From Candidatus Nanoarchaeia archaeon (GTDB lineage: Archaea > Nanobdellota > Nanobdellia > Woesearchaeales > WJIZ01), in assembly GCA_028279765.1 (NCBI GenBank), contig JANQND010000009.1, positions 65,198-129,197 on the forward strand: 64,000 nucleotides of DNA, given 5' to 3'. A model generated the notes under the pieces. That model did not search any database, was not told the origin of the DNA, and saw only the letters and a list, made by a program, of their open reading frames with translations. The position numbers and the translations under genes were made by a program. This document shows positions 28,476-37,800 of this stretch, in pieces (position 1 is the stretch's first letter; each line of letters begins with the position of its first letter).

Positions 28476-29396
28476 ATGAAAAATAAGCCAATGGTTGGTG
28501 GACAGGCAGTCATGGAAGGCGTGATGATGCGCTCGCCTAACTATTATGCCACTTCTGTTAGAACGGAAAAGGGAAAAATAGTCTCTGAGCTGCACAAAAT
28601 CAAAAAGCGGCCGAAATGGACACAATTCCCTTTCTTTCGTGGTGTCATTAATCTCTTTGAGATGATGATTATCGGGATTAAGTCCTTAACCTGGTCTGCA
28701 GATCAGCTTGCAGAAGACCCTTCAGAGAAACTGACGAAAACACAATTGTTTTTTACTCTATTAATCTCCATCAGTTTCTCATTATTATTGTTCTTAGTAC
28801 TTCCTTATGTGCTCACAGTACTCCTAGGAATCCATGAGGAACAGCGGCCTATTCTGTTTAATATTGTAGATGGCATCATCAAGATTGCTATTCTCATCAT
28901 TTATCTGTACGCCATATCCTTGATGAGCGACATCAAGAGATTATTTGAATATCATGGTGCAGAGCACAAGGCAGTACATTGTTTTGAAGCGAATCTGAAG
29001 CTCACGCCAAAGAATGCACAGAAATTCTCGCGGCTGCATCCACGCTGCGGAACCAGCTTCCTCTTCCTGGTCATGTTTATTAGTATATTCATTTTTTCGA
29101 TTATCCCATCGCTTGCGAACCTGCTCATTAGCTCATTCCACTTATTACCTTTCATGGCAAGAAAGTCAATACTTTTCTTCATCAGGTTGCTTTTCGTTCC
29201 CGTAGTTGCAGGAGTATCTTATGAATTTCTACGCCTAACCGCGAAATACGAAGACAATGCCTTTCTCAAGGCCTTTGCCTGGCCGGGAATGATGCTCCAA
29301 TATATTACGACCAGTGAACCTAACCTCAAGCAATTAGAGGTAGCGATTGATTCCATGAAGAAGGTTTTAAAGAAAGATAAGATCGCGTTTAGTTAG
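28476..29396 (+). CDS. DUF1385 (YqhQ-like) membrane protein
   Basis: VGGQAVMEGVMM, YHGAEHK, HPRCGTSF, TTSEP. Confidence 0.92.
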   Translation: MKNKPMVGGQAVMEGVMMRSPNYYATSVRTEKGKIVSELHKIKKRPKWTQFPFFRGVINLFEMMIIGIKSLTWSADQLAEDPSEKLTKTQLFFTLLISISFSLLLFLVLPYVLTVLLGIHEEQRPILFNIVDGIIKIAILIIYLYAISLMSDIKRLFEYHGAEHKAVHCFEANLKLTPKNAQKFSRLHPRCGTSFLFLVMFISIFIFSIIPSLANLLISSFHLLPFMARKSILFFIRLLFVPVVAGVSYEFLRLTAKYEDNAFLKAFAWPGMMLQYITTSEPNLKQLEVAIDSMKKVLKKDKIAFS

Positions 29397-29470
29397 CAAA
29401 CCCTACAAAGAGCCAAAACCTATATAAAACCAATTCTATTCTTATGCCTAAACAACAGGGGGTATGAACC

Positions 29471-29872
29471 ATGAAATGCATAACACTTATAGCACTACTT
29501 TGTGCGATGCTTGTTATCGGCTGTACGCAGCCAGTCCAAGCTCCGCAGGAAGACGTAGCAGAAAGCACCAAGCCAGCCCAGATAGCGGAACCAGAAGAAG
29601 TTGTAGAAGAGCAAGTCCAGACACAGAACGATGTGCGCTTAACCGCTAAGGGATTTGATGTTGAAGAAGTAACAGTGAATCTTGGAGAATCAGTCACCAT
29701 CTTTGTCAATGATGATATGGTTGAAGATCATTATCTAAGTATGGACGGGGCAAGGATCTCTGAACAGCCATTAACAAAGGGCGGCCGCATTTCTGTTTCC
29801 TTCACTGAAGAAGGCGCCCATGAGATCACCGACGATACCGGTAAATTTGCCTTAACGGTCTACGTCAATTAA
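29471..29872 (+). CDS. Lipoprotein with cupredoxin-like domain
   Basis: VIGC lipobox; GF...VTV..GE.VT, F.EEG.H; Cu-ligand Cys absent. Confidence 0.6.
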   Translation: MKCITLIALLCAMLVIGCTQPVQAPQEDVAESTKPAQIAEPEEVVEEQVQTQNDVRLTAKGFDVEEVTVNLGESVTIFVNDDMVEDHYLSMDGARISEQPLTKGGRISVSFTEEGAHEITDDTGKFALTVYVN

Positions 29873-29960
29873 TTTTTTTCTTTCCATTCTTTTTCTTTCT
29901 TCTTTCATTATGCTTCAATCATAACAAAAGCTTAAGACAATGTATAGGTAGTTCAACTGG

Positions 29961-30653
29961 ATGTCCAAATTTGATACTTTGTTGAGATTCAATGCGGATA
30001 AAGCAGACATAAGTCAGGCAAATTTCCTGAACAGGTGGTTACTTGACGAACCGGAACTCTTTGGCAGACCTGATGTCAATCGGTCAATTAAGATCTCCAA
30101 TACCATCGATAAAATAATTGGGGCCCACTGGGAAGCAATCGATACTGAAAACTATGGGTTAGTAATTAATCAAAGCATCTCCTTAATCGATACGGTATCA
30201 GAAAAGCTGCAAGGGTATCAAAGAATCGATGTGCTTATTACTCTCTATCGGAGAATTTCAGATTATGCAATTAACTTTGTGGATAATTCCTGTGAAAGTA
30301 GTTCTACAACAAAAAAATATAGATACGTATTTGTCGTATCAAGATACTTTGAAAATAGACTCTCAGAAACAGATCAGAATACTTCTCATAAATATCTGGC
30401 AAATATTTACCACAATCTACACAATTTAACTACGGTATTACTGGACGTTGACTCAGATATTCAGTTGAAACAAAAAAGCTACCATTATGCTCTGAGAGCG
30501 GGAGATTGTTATCTCCATGAGCTTCAGTTTGAAAATGCAAATGATCTCTACGAGAGCGCAATACATATAGCAAGAGATGGCTTACAGCGAGACTTGGCGC
30601 AAAAGGCTCAACAAAAAATGAATCAGACTAAAGCAGAATTATCAAAAAAATAA
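29961..30653 (+). CDS. Hypothetical helical-repeat protein
   Basis: 230-aa ORF, TPR-like helices at C-terminus. Confidence 0.5.
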   Translation: MSKFDTLLRFNADKADISQANFLNRWLLDEPELFGRPDVNRSIKISNTIDKIIGAHWEAIDTENYGLVINQSISLIDTVSEKLQGYQRIDVLITLYRRISDYAINFVDNSCESSSTTKKYRYVFVVSRYFENRLSETDQNTSHKYLANIYHNLHNLTTVLLDVDSDIQLKQKSYHYALRAGDCYLHELQFENANDLYESAIHIARDGLQRDLAQKAQQKMNQTKAELSKK

Positions 30654-30675
30654 AGAAAAAAAAATAATAGGGAAT

Positions 30676-30990
30676 TTATCTCTTCTTCTTTTTCTTAGCG
30701 GCTTTTTTCTTTTTCTTCTTAGCAGCCTTCTTCTTGGTTGCTTTTTTCTTCTTCTTCTTCTTTTTACCGCCGCGAGACATTACAGCACAAGAAATATCGC
30801 CTGCCTTATCGATAAAGTACAGCATGCCAGCTTCTTTCTTTACGCCGACCTTGGCAACTACTTCCACTTTTCCTTTGCCTTTCTTTTTGCCTCTTGCCAT
30901 TTTAGCACGGGCAACGTTTCCCTTCTTATCTACAAAATATAGATATCCGGACTCTTTTTTTACGCCTACCTTTTCTACTTTTTTTGCCAT
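30676..30990 (-). CDS. Small highly basic protein with internal tandem duplication and Lys/Ala tail
   Basis: Two copies of KVGVKKE.G.LYF.DK.G.......RG; strong SD GAGGAG; TATA upstream. Confidence 0.85.
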   Translation of the reverse strand: MAKKVEKVGVKKESGYLYFVDKKGNVARAKMARGKKKGKGKVEVVAKVGVKKEAGMLYFIDKAGDISCAVMSRGGKKKKKKKKATKKKAAKKKKKKAAKKKKKR

Positions 30991-31157
30991 GTATTATCTC
31001 CTCTTTATCTTTTTTTAGACGAGAGTTAGACTCGTTAAATCTTTTCCGAGGACAGCAAATATATAAACCTTTTGTTTTAATAGACGAGACCTCGTGGAGA
31101 AAACAGTGGTTTTTTGAATTTGAATAGCAGCACAAGTCAAAATCCTGGATCAAGAAC

Positions 31158-32417
31158 TCACATAAAGTCCCCTAAACCTCTTTGGGCAACCTGCAACGGC
31201 TGCTTGTTCGTCTCCACATGATCGACAATCTGCGGAACGCCATACTCTCCATCATAACCAGGAACCACATTAATTTTTCCTTCTCTATTTTTGAGAATAA
31301 TATCAGCAATACGCTCATTAGTCAGGCTTTTCAGTTCATCAAAAGAAGTTTTGCGCAGGATGTCATACTCTGATCTCCCGCTAGAAACTAACTTATAATA
31401 CTCATTCCAGACCGTTTTTGTTGCGACAGCTTTCTGAAGAACAACCGACAAAATGTCAGACAAGGGAATTAATGATCGAAACGGAACCTCATTCTCTTTT
31501 GCCTTCTCCACGGATCGGTCAGCTAAAGCTTCCACCCGTTGCTCCACGCCAACGGTTAAGGGCTTCTTGCAGACCGGGCAGATATTATTCACCTTCAAAG
31601 CCTCAGTAGGACTCAAATTTACTTTACAATTACGGTGTCCGGTCCAGTGATATTTTCCGAAAGCAGGATCTACCTCAATCGTTTCCGTAAACCCTTCCCG
31701 CGTTTTCATGGCCTTAATGATATTTGCATAGCTCAGCTCTTTCAATTCGAATACATTTGCTTCCCTGCCCATCCTCCAGGGCCAAAAACTATGCAGATCA
31801 GAATTGCTCACCAGAGTAAACCGATCCAGTTCAGACACACGCCGGTTCATAGGAGGATCAGAACTCAATCCTGTCTCCAATGCAAAAATATGCTTGAGAG
31901 TATCTTCAAAACAGTCCTTGAGTGAGTCATACCCAGAATTCGCACCGAACACGGAAAACCAGGGTGTCCAGATATGGGCAGGAATGATTTCAATGCGCTC
32001 ATCAATGGATTTCAGCTTCTCCACAAACTCGGTGGAAAGAATCCCAAAGATAGGCCTTCCGTCATAATCCACTCTCCCCCTTGTTTTCAGCCATTCGGTA
32101 ATCTTTGAAACAGCATCAAGGTCAGGTGCGTACACTAAATGATGCACCTTTCTTCCCTTTCCTTTGTCAGTATAAATCAAAGAAATTTCTGTTTGCAGCA
32201 TGAACGGAAAGCCTGACTTAGAATATAGGATCCCGGAACCATTATCTGTAAGGTTACTCTTGATCTCTTCAATCCAAACCGGATGAGTAAAATCACCGGT
32301 TCCAAGAAGGTTAACACCTTTGACTCTGGCCCATTTCTCCAGGTTTTCCAGATTGAGGTCTTTTCCTGTCGCCTGACTGTGTTTAGAATGAATGTGTAAA
32401 TCAGCGATGATTTCCAT
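31158..32417 (-). CDS. Endonuclease Q (PHP-domain DNA repair endonuclease)
   Basis: DLHIHS, GTGDFTHP, PAHIWTPWF, ETGLSSD, NSDLHS, GKYH..GHR.C, CPVC, GYDGEYG; C-terminal PIP-like QRGLGDF. Confidence 0.92.
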   Translation of the reverse strand: MEIIADLHIHSKHSQATGKDLNLENLEKWARVKGVNLLGTGDFTHPVWIEEIKSNLTDNGSGILYSKSGFPFMLQTEISLIYTDKGKGRKVHHLVYAPDLDAVSKITEWLKTRGRVDYDGRPIFGILSTEFVEKLKSIDERIEIIPAHIWTPWFSVFGANSGYDSLKDCFEDTLKHIFALETGLSSDPPMNRRVSELDRFTLVSNSDLHSFWPWRMGREANVFELKELSYANIIKAMKTREGFTETIEVDPAFGKYHWTGHRNCKVNLSPTEALKVNNICPVCKKPLTVGVEQRVEALADRSVEKAKENEVPFRSLIPLSDILSVVLQKAVATKTVWNEYYKLVSSGRSEYDILRKTSFDELKSLTNERIADIILKNREGKINVVPGYDGEYGVPQIVDHVETNKQPLQVAQRGLGDFM

Positions 32418-32506
32418 GAAGAAAAACAATCATAGAATGTTTATAATGGTTTTCAAAATCATTAAAAATAATAACCTTTAAATCTAACCATTCTCACAAA
32501 AACCCT

Positions 32507-33124
32507 ATGTCCACCGTATTAGAGCGAGAAATAAAGGAAATAGCAAGAATACTTGCAGGAATCGAGCGTCACGCGCACGAAAACGATCCTGCTTTGGATA
32601 AGCAACTGGACATGGTACAGGAAATCTTTACTGATTTTAACAAAAAGTACCCTCTTGTTTCTTTCAAAATCGAGAAATCCATTGATCACATAGAACTGAA
32701 GATTCTCATCAGCGCAGAGTCTGTAAAAAGTGTTTTTGATGCAACTGCATCAAAGATCAAAGGATTCAACGCGATTGGAGCAAGAAGCTTCAATGAGGCA
32801 TCAGTGCAACAGTCTGAGGAATTCAACCGCATTATCGCATCACTCTCCGACGCTGCTTATCTAACCTACACGACAGATTCTGGAAGAGAAACATTGGTTC
32901 TCCTATGGAACGAGCAGGAAAAAAAGGTTGAGCTTAACTATGAGATAAAATCACTGGCAAACCCTCTAGCTCCCCAGTTCCAGCTTCTGCAGACCTATGC
33001 ACAAAAACAAGCAGGAGATCAAATAGATCTTCTGAGCAAATGCTACCAGCTCGGATTTACTGACATTGAGGATGCTGCTCTCTTTGAATGGGAAGACGAA
33101 TTCTACCCCAAAATGCTGGAGTAA
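32507..33124 (+). CDS. Hypothetical protein
   Basis: 205-aa ORF preceded by TATA-like TTTAAAT. Confidence 0.6.
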   Translation: MSTVLEREIKEIARILAGIERHAHENDPALDKQLDMVQEIFTDFNKKYPLVSFKIEKSIDHIELKILISAESVKSVFDATASKIKGFNAIGARSFNEASVQQSEEFNRIIASLSDAAYLTYTTDSGRETLVLLWNEQEKKVELNYEIKSLANPLAPQFQLLQTYAQKQAGDQIDLLSKCYQLGFTDIEDAALFEWEDEFYPKMLE

Positions 33125-33192
33125 TGAAAGTACTTATATCCTCTAATCTATATAGGAAAAGTATATAAAGCAAATTCGCGAAAAAGAGGATA

Positions 33193-33888
33193 ATGCTAAA
33201 AAAGGGGGATCGAATCCACAAAAAAGCCCAGGAAATGATAATGGGCAGTATAGTCCTCATCATTTTCCTTATGTTTCTTGTCCCCTTTATCATTGCTCCT
33301 CTTCTTCATGAAGAAGACCAGGAAGATACCCTTGAAGAACTTGCTAAGGAATCTGAAAGAGTAGGAGAGGCTCTTACCAGCCCCCCTTATCCGGAAAATT
33401 GGGATGGCAGCTCAGAGGAGATAGTTCAAGTAGGTCTGCTGCAAAATGGGATCATTGATAGCTCCATCTTAGAAAGCTACAGTGAACTGGATTATTCAAG
33501 AACCAAACTCCTGATGGGCACCAGTGACGAATACTTATTCTTTTTTGAAGATAAAAATGGATTGTTAGAGTTTACAGAAGGAGGAGTACACCGCGAGTAC
33601 TTTGGCTGGAACGGAAATAACAGCAAGAATGGCGGTAGTAATCTCAAAGCAGCAGAGAATTATTTGCTCTCCTCAGCAAATAGTTTGGCAAAGGATGAAC
33701 GCTTCATTGTCATGGAACATAATGGAGAAAAAAAGGAAGTAAAGATGATAACCTATGTGTGGGACTTTGCAGATGGAATGGTTGACCTCAATCAGGTCAT
33801 TTTCTCTATCGATTACTTGTTTTCATCATTTTTACTGACTACCAAGGATAATTATGCAATTGGAGAAGAAGTATACTTAACAGGGTGA
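33193..33888 (+). CDS. Class III signal peptide (pilin-like) protein
   Basis: KKAQ cleavage motif followed by hydrophobic helix; P.NW motif. Confidence 0.65.
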   Translation: MLKKGDRIHKKAQEMIMGSIVLIIFLMFLVPFIIAPLLHEEDQEDTLEELAKESERVGEALTSPPYPENWDGSSEEIVQVGLLQNGIIDSSILESYSELDYSRTKLLMGTSDEYLFFFEDKNGLLEFTEGGVHREYFGWNGNNSKNGGSNLKAAENYLLSSANSLAKDERFIVMEHNGEKKEVKMITYVWDFADGMVDLNQVIFSIDYLFSSFLLTTKDNYAIGEEVYLTG

Positions 33889-33892
33889 TGAG

Positions 33893-34342
33893 ATGAAAAA
33901 AATACTGGTTATGACTCTTTTGCTTGCCGCTTTCCTAGTGGGGTGCAGTGAGCCTACTAAGGAAATGAAGTCTGATTATGAACTGTCCGAATTTATTGCG
34001 GTTTTGGAATCCTATCCTGACTATGCTGACTACAAAGCAGATTTTTTGAAGGCAACAGGTAAGGATTTTGACCCTGTTATTGCAAGAAAAGGCTCATTGA
34101 CACAAGAATACCAGCAGTCAAGGATAGATCAATTAGAGAGTATTAATTTTCACCCCCAGGCGAATGTCTACCGCGAAGTTCCCATCGGCGATGGCATCTG
34201 GGACATAGAACTCAAGGACTCCGAAGTCTCCAATCGCGGGATTTGGGTGATCTTTGATATGAACAACAAGCAAGTCCTCAAGTTTTTTGGACTTCTTCAC
34301 GCTCAGCAAAAGGGTACCTTTGACCCTCTCGCTCAGAACTAA
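33893..34342 (+). CDS. Lipoprotein
   Basis: LVGC lipobox. Confidence 0.65.
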   Translation: MKKILVMTLLLAAFLVGCSEPTKEMKSDYELSEFIAVLESYPDYADYKADFLKATGKDFDPVIARKGSLTQEYQQSRIDQLESINFHPQANVYREVPIGDGIWDIELKDSEVSNRGIWVIFDMNNKQVLKFFGLLHAQQKGTFDPLAQN

Positions 34343-34387
34343 AGAAAACAACAACAACAAATACTCAACTATGAGGTGGAAAACAAA

Positions 34388-34870
34388 ATGAAAAAACTAT
34401 TGGTGTTAATTCCTGCACTGGCGTTATTAGTCACGATCGCCTATGCAGACTACACAACGTTCGTGACACTGGAAGTAACTGAAATGGATTGTATAGCATG
34501 CACTGGTGATTTAACCGGGATTGTGGGAAAGGATGATTCCATTGCGACAAAAATTTCAACTAATGGTGAATGCAACCAGAACATACAAGGATCTTTTTCT
34601 CCAAAAGCAAACACCATCGCAGAAGGAGTTATTTTTACAACTAATGCAGTTACCTTAACCGAAGGATCCCCATACTTTTTTTGCCTGGAGTTGGAAGAAA
34701 GAAGTATTCCCTCTAACAAATACGACCTAAATACTTGTACTGATTTACATGGTGGAGGTCCTGCCTTTACTCTTGGTGGTACAGCTCAATGTAATAGCAT
34801 TGGCTTTGGCTATATCGGAAGCGATAGCAATACTGATACCATAAAACTAGCCTTCCCATTCCAAGCATAA
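34388..34870 (+). CDS. Secreted Cys-containing protein
   Basis: Signal peptide ending AYA; several Cys. Confidence 0.6.
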   Translation: MKKLLVLIPALALLVTIAYADYTTFVTLEVTEMDCIACTGDLTGIVGKDDSIATKISTNGECNQNIQGSFSPKANTIAEGVIFTTNAVTLTEGSPYFFCLELEERSIPSNKYDLNTCTDLHGGGPAFTLGGTAQCNSIGFGYIGSDSNTDTIKLAFPFQA

Positions 34871-34874
34871 AAGA

Positions 34875-37800
34875 ATGCATGGGACTCCCTTGAAGGGATG
34901 GCGTAAACGAGCTTCCATCGCTAGGGCTGCCGTACTCTGCTTAGCGCTAGCTTTGATCACGAGCGCGCAAGCATTTTCTACGCTACCAGGAGTAATTTCT
35001 GATGCGGCTTCCAATGGAATTCATGTGTACAGTCGAATAGGAATACCCATTCAAGGATTAGAAGTAGGGTCTTCTAGCAACGGATTATTCGGGAGAGGAT
35101 TTGTCGTCAGTAATAATCAGGGCGAAGGTGTCGGAGCATCTTCGAGCGGCATACTCGTTAGGGCAAAGGTAAAAACCATAAATGCACTGAAACCGATATC
35201 AGCCGCATCCTCGAATGGGATTTCAGTCAGGGGTTCTATTCAAGTAATTTCGAATTCTGAACCCGGAACAGGTGCAAGCGCAAATGGAATTCTGGTCAGA
35301 GGAACTCTTTTGACCATGGATAAGAAAATGCCAAAGAGTGGCGCACTATCGAATGGAATCTATGCAGTGGGATCCATTGCAAATACAGCAACCCTCTCTC
35401 CAAGAACTGCCTCTTCGTCTAATGGAATTAATGTAGTAGGTAGGTTTAACTTAGGTATTAATGATCCGCCAATTGTATCCGCCTCAAGTAACGGAATTAA
35501 TACCCGGGCAAAAACCTATCTTCGTGATGCATTGATGCCTATTACTGGAGCAGGATCTAACGGATTATCAGTAATAGCTGATATCGGAACTCATGGAGGA
35601 TCTTCGACCACCAACGGTATAAAGGTTTTAGGAGTAGTAAGAAAAACCGCTGATCCTGCGGAATTTGATGGAGACACAGGTGCTGCATCTAATGGTCTCT
35701 TTGTCCTCGGAACACTAGACAAGGGAAACATCCAGCAATCGGGAGCATCCTCCAACGGAATCCATGTGCAGGGATTAATCAACACTGATTCGACAGGAGA
35801 GGAGGGAACGGTCATCGGTATTGAAGTATCAAGTGGTGCAACGAGCAATGGTATTAGCGTAAACGGCACTCTGAGTACTGGCAGCATGATAAATCCACTA
35901 ACTGGCGCCTCCTCAAATGGGTTATTCGTGCAGGGAATTATCAGAGCAGTTGACGAGTTATATCCAGCGACTGCTGCAAGCTCAAACGGAATAGCGGCTA
36001 GTGGAACAATGATTGATTTATCCAACTCAGACGATTCCGGAGCATCAACAAACGGAATCGTTATATCTGGAACGCTCGTAACCGATCAACCTTCGCTCTG
36101 CGAAGAATTTGGCTTGCATGTACTCTTCGGTGAAGTCTCATGCTTCTGTGGTGATGGTCGATTAGATGATGATGAGCAATGCGATGACGGCAACGATAAC
36201 AATAATGATGCCTGTACGAACACTTGTCAGTTGGCAACATGCGGTGACGGATATCTTCAAGGATCCGAGCAATGTGATTTCGGATCAAATAATAACGATG
36301 CAGGAGCCTGTACTACGTCCTGTGAATGGGGACCTCAGTGCAGCGTAAATGAATTCTATAAGCTCATTCCTGAACATACGCTGGCAACGGACATAGAAAT
36401 GAGAGAATGCGGATACATACTCGCTGCAGAAAATTCCATTGACCCCATGTTTTCAGAATTTGATCATAAAGGAGAATTCATCCAGTCAAAAATAATTGAA
36501 ACCGCCGGGAATTCCAATTGGTATCATCCCCTGCAAAAAAGCATTAAAACATCTGATGGCGGCTATTTAGTGCTGGGTATTTCACATTATTATCAAATAT
36601 TTATAGCAAAACTGGATCAAAATTACGTGTTGCAGTGGGAACAATCCATCGATACCTCCGACGATCAAATTACCTTGGTGGATGTCATTGAAGATCATGA
36701 GGGGAATTTTGTTGCATCGGGAACAAATAATAACTATAATGATTTCCTGCTCTATAAGTTCTCATCTGACGGATCCTTGATATGGAGAAAAACTCTCTCT
36801 GCTCTTGGTGGAGGAGATGGAATTGGTTACTCCATTGAGCAGGATGAAGACCACAATTATGTTGTAGTCGGAGTAAAACAGCATGATATAGCCATAGATG
36901 CCCACGGAATCTATGTAGGGAAATTTGACATGAATGGGAACCAGATCATCAGCAAATATCTCTATGATGATCCATTAAAACGATATGTAGCACGAGATTT
37001 CATCATCAACGAAGACTCTTCTATCACCATCGCAGGCTACGTAAGAGAAAATAGTATATCAAACCCAACAGACTCTCTTCTTATCACGAAGTTCGATACG
37101 AACTATGATCCGGTGTGGTCAAGGACCATTGAAACTCAGCAAGGATTCAAGAACTTTTTTGCAACCTCTATTACTCATGCACATCAGGGAGGGTATGTAG
37201 TAGTCGGAGGATTAAGCGGAGCAGATGATGTACTGCCTTATCATCACTTTGATAGTCTGCAAAATGGCCAGAAGCTTATCACCGCAGTCTTTGATGAAAG
37301 CGGAAACCTACAGCACTCGTACACTACCTTAAACGAATTCACCGTAGCAAATGATATTGAGCAGCACCCTATGGGAGGGTATGCAATTGCAGGCCAGGCA
37401 CAAACTGGTGCTTTATTGGTAAGGACAAACAATCTGGGCAATGTGACCTTCTGCAACGATTGGGTTGATCTCTCTCTTTCATCAAATTCCATTACTCTTT
37501 CAAGCATAAATCCCATTGCCTCTCAGGACGATACTCTCAGCTTAATAATAACCGTAGATGGAACTCCTATTACTGATCATAGCATCACCAGCGATACTTT
37601 CATTTGCTACATCGAACCCAACATCTGCGGTAATGGGTTCCATGAACCTACAAACGGGGAGCAATGCGATGATGGAAACAATATTGACGATGATAGCTGC
37701 TCAAATACCTGCGTGGCACAATGCGTTCTCTCATCAGCACAATGGATCTATGCGGATAATTCTATGGTAACCAGCCCGGTTCAGGGATGGGAAGCAGGCA

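Noticed and set aside
34346-34360. (AAC)n run resembling the outer arm of the structured repeat
   Set aside because: No inner hairpins or complementary arm nearby
35000-36085. Regularly spaced repeats as a CRISPR array
   Set aside because: Repeats are conserved at protein level with synonymous variation inside an open frame; no cas genes in the window
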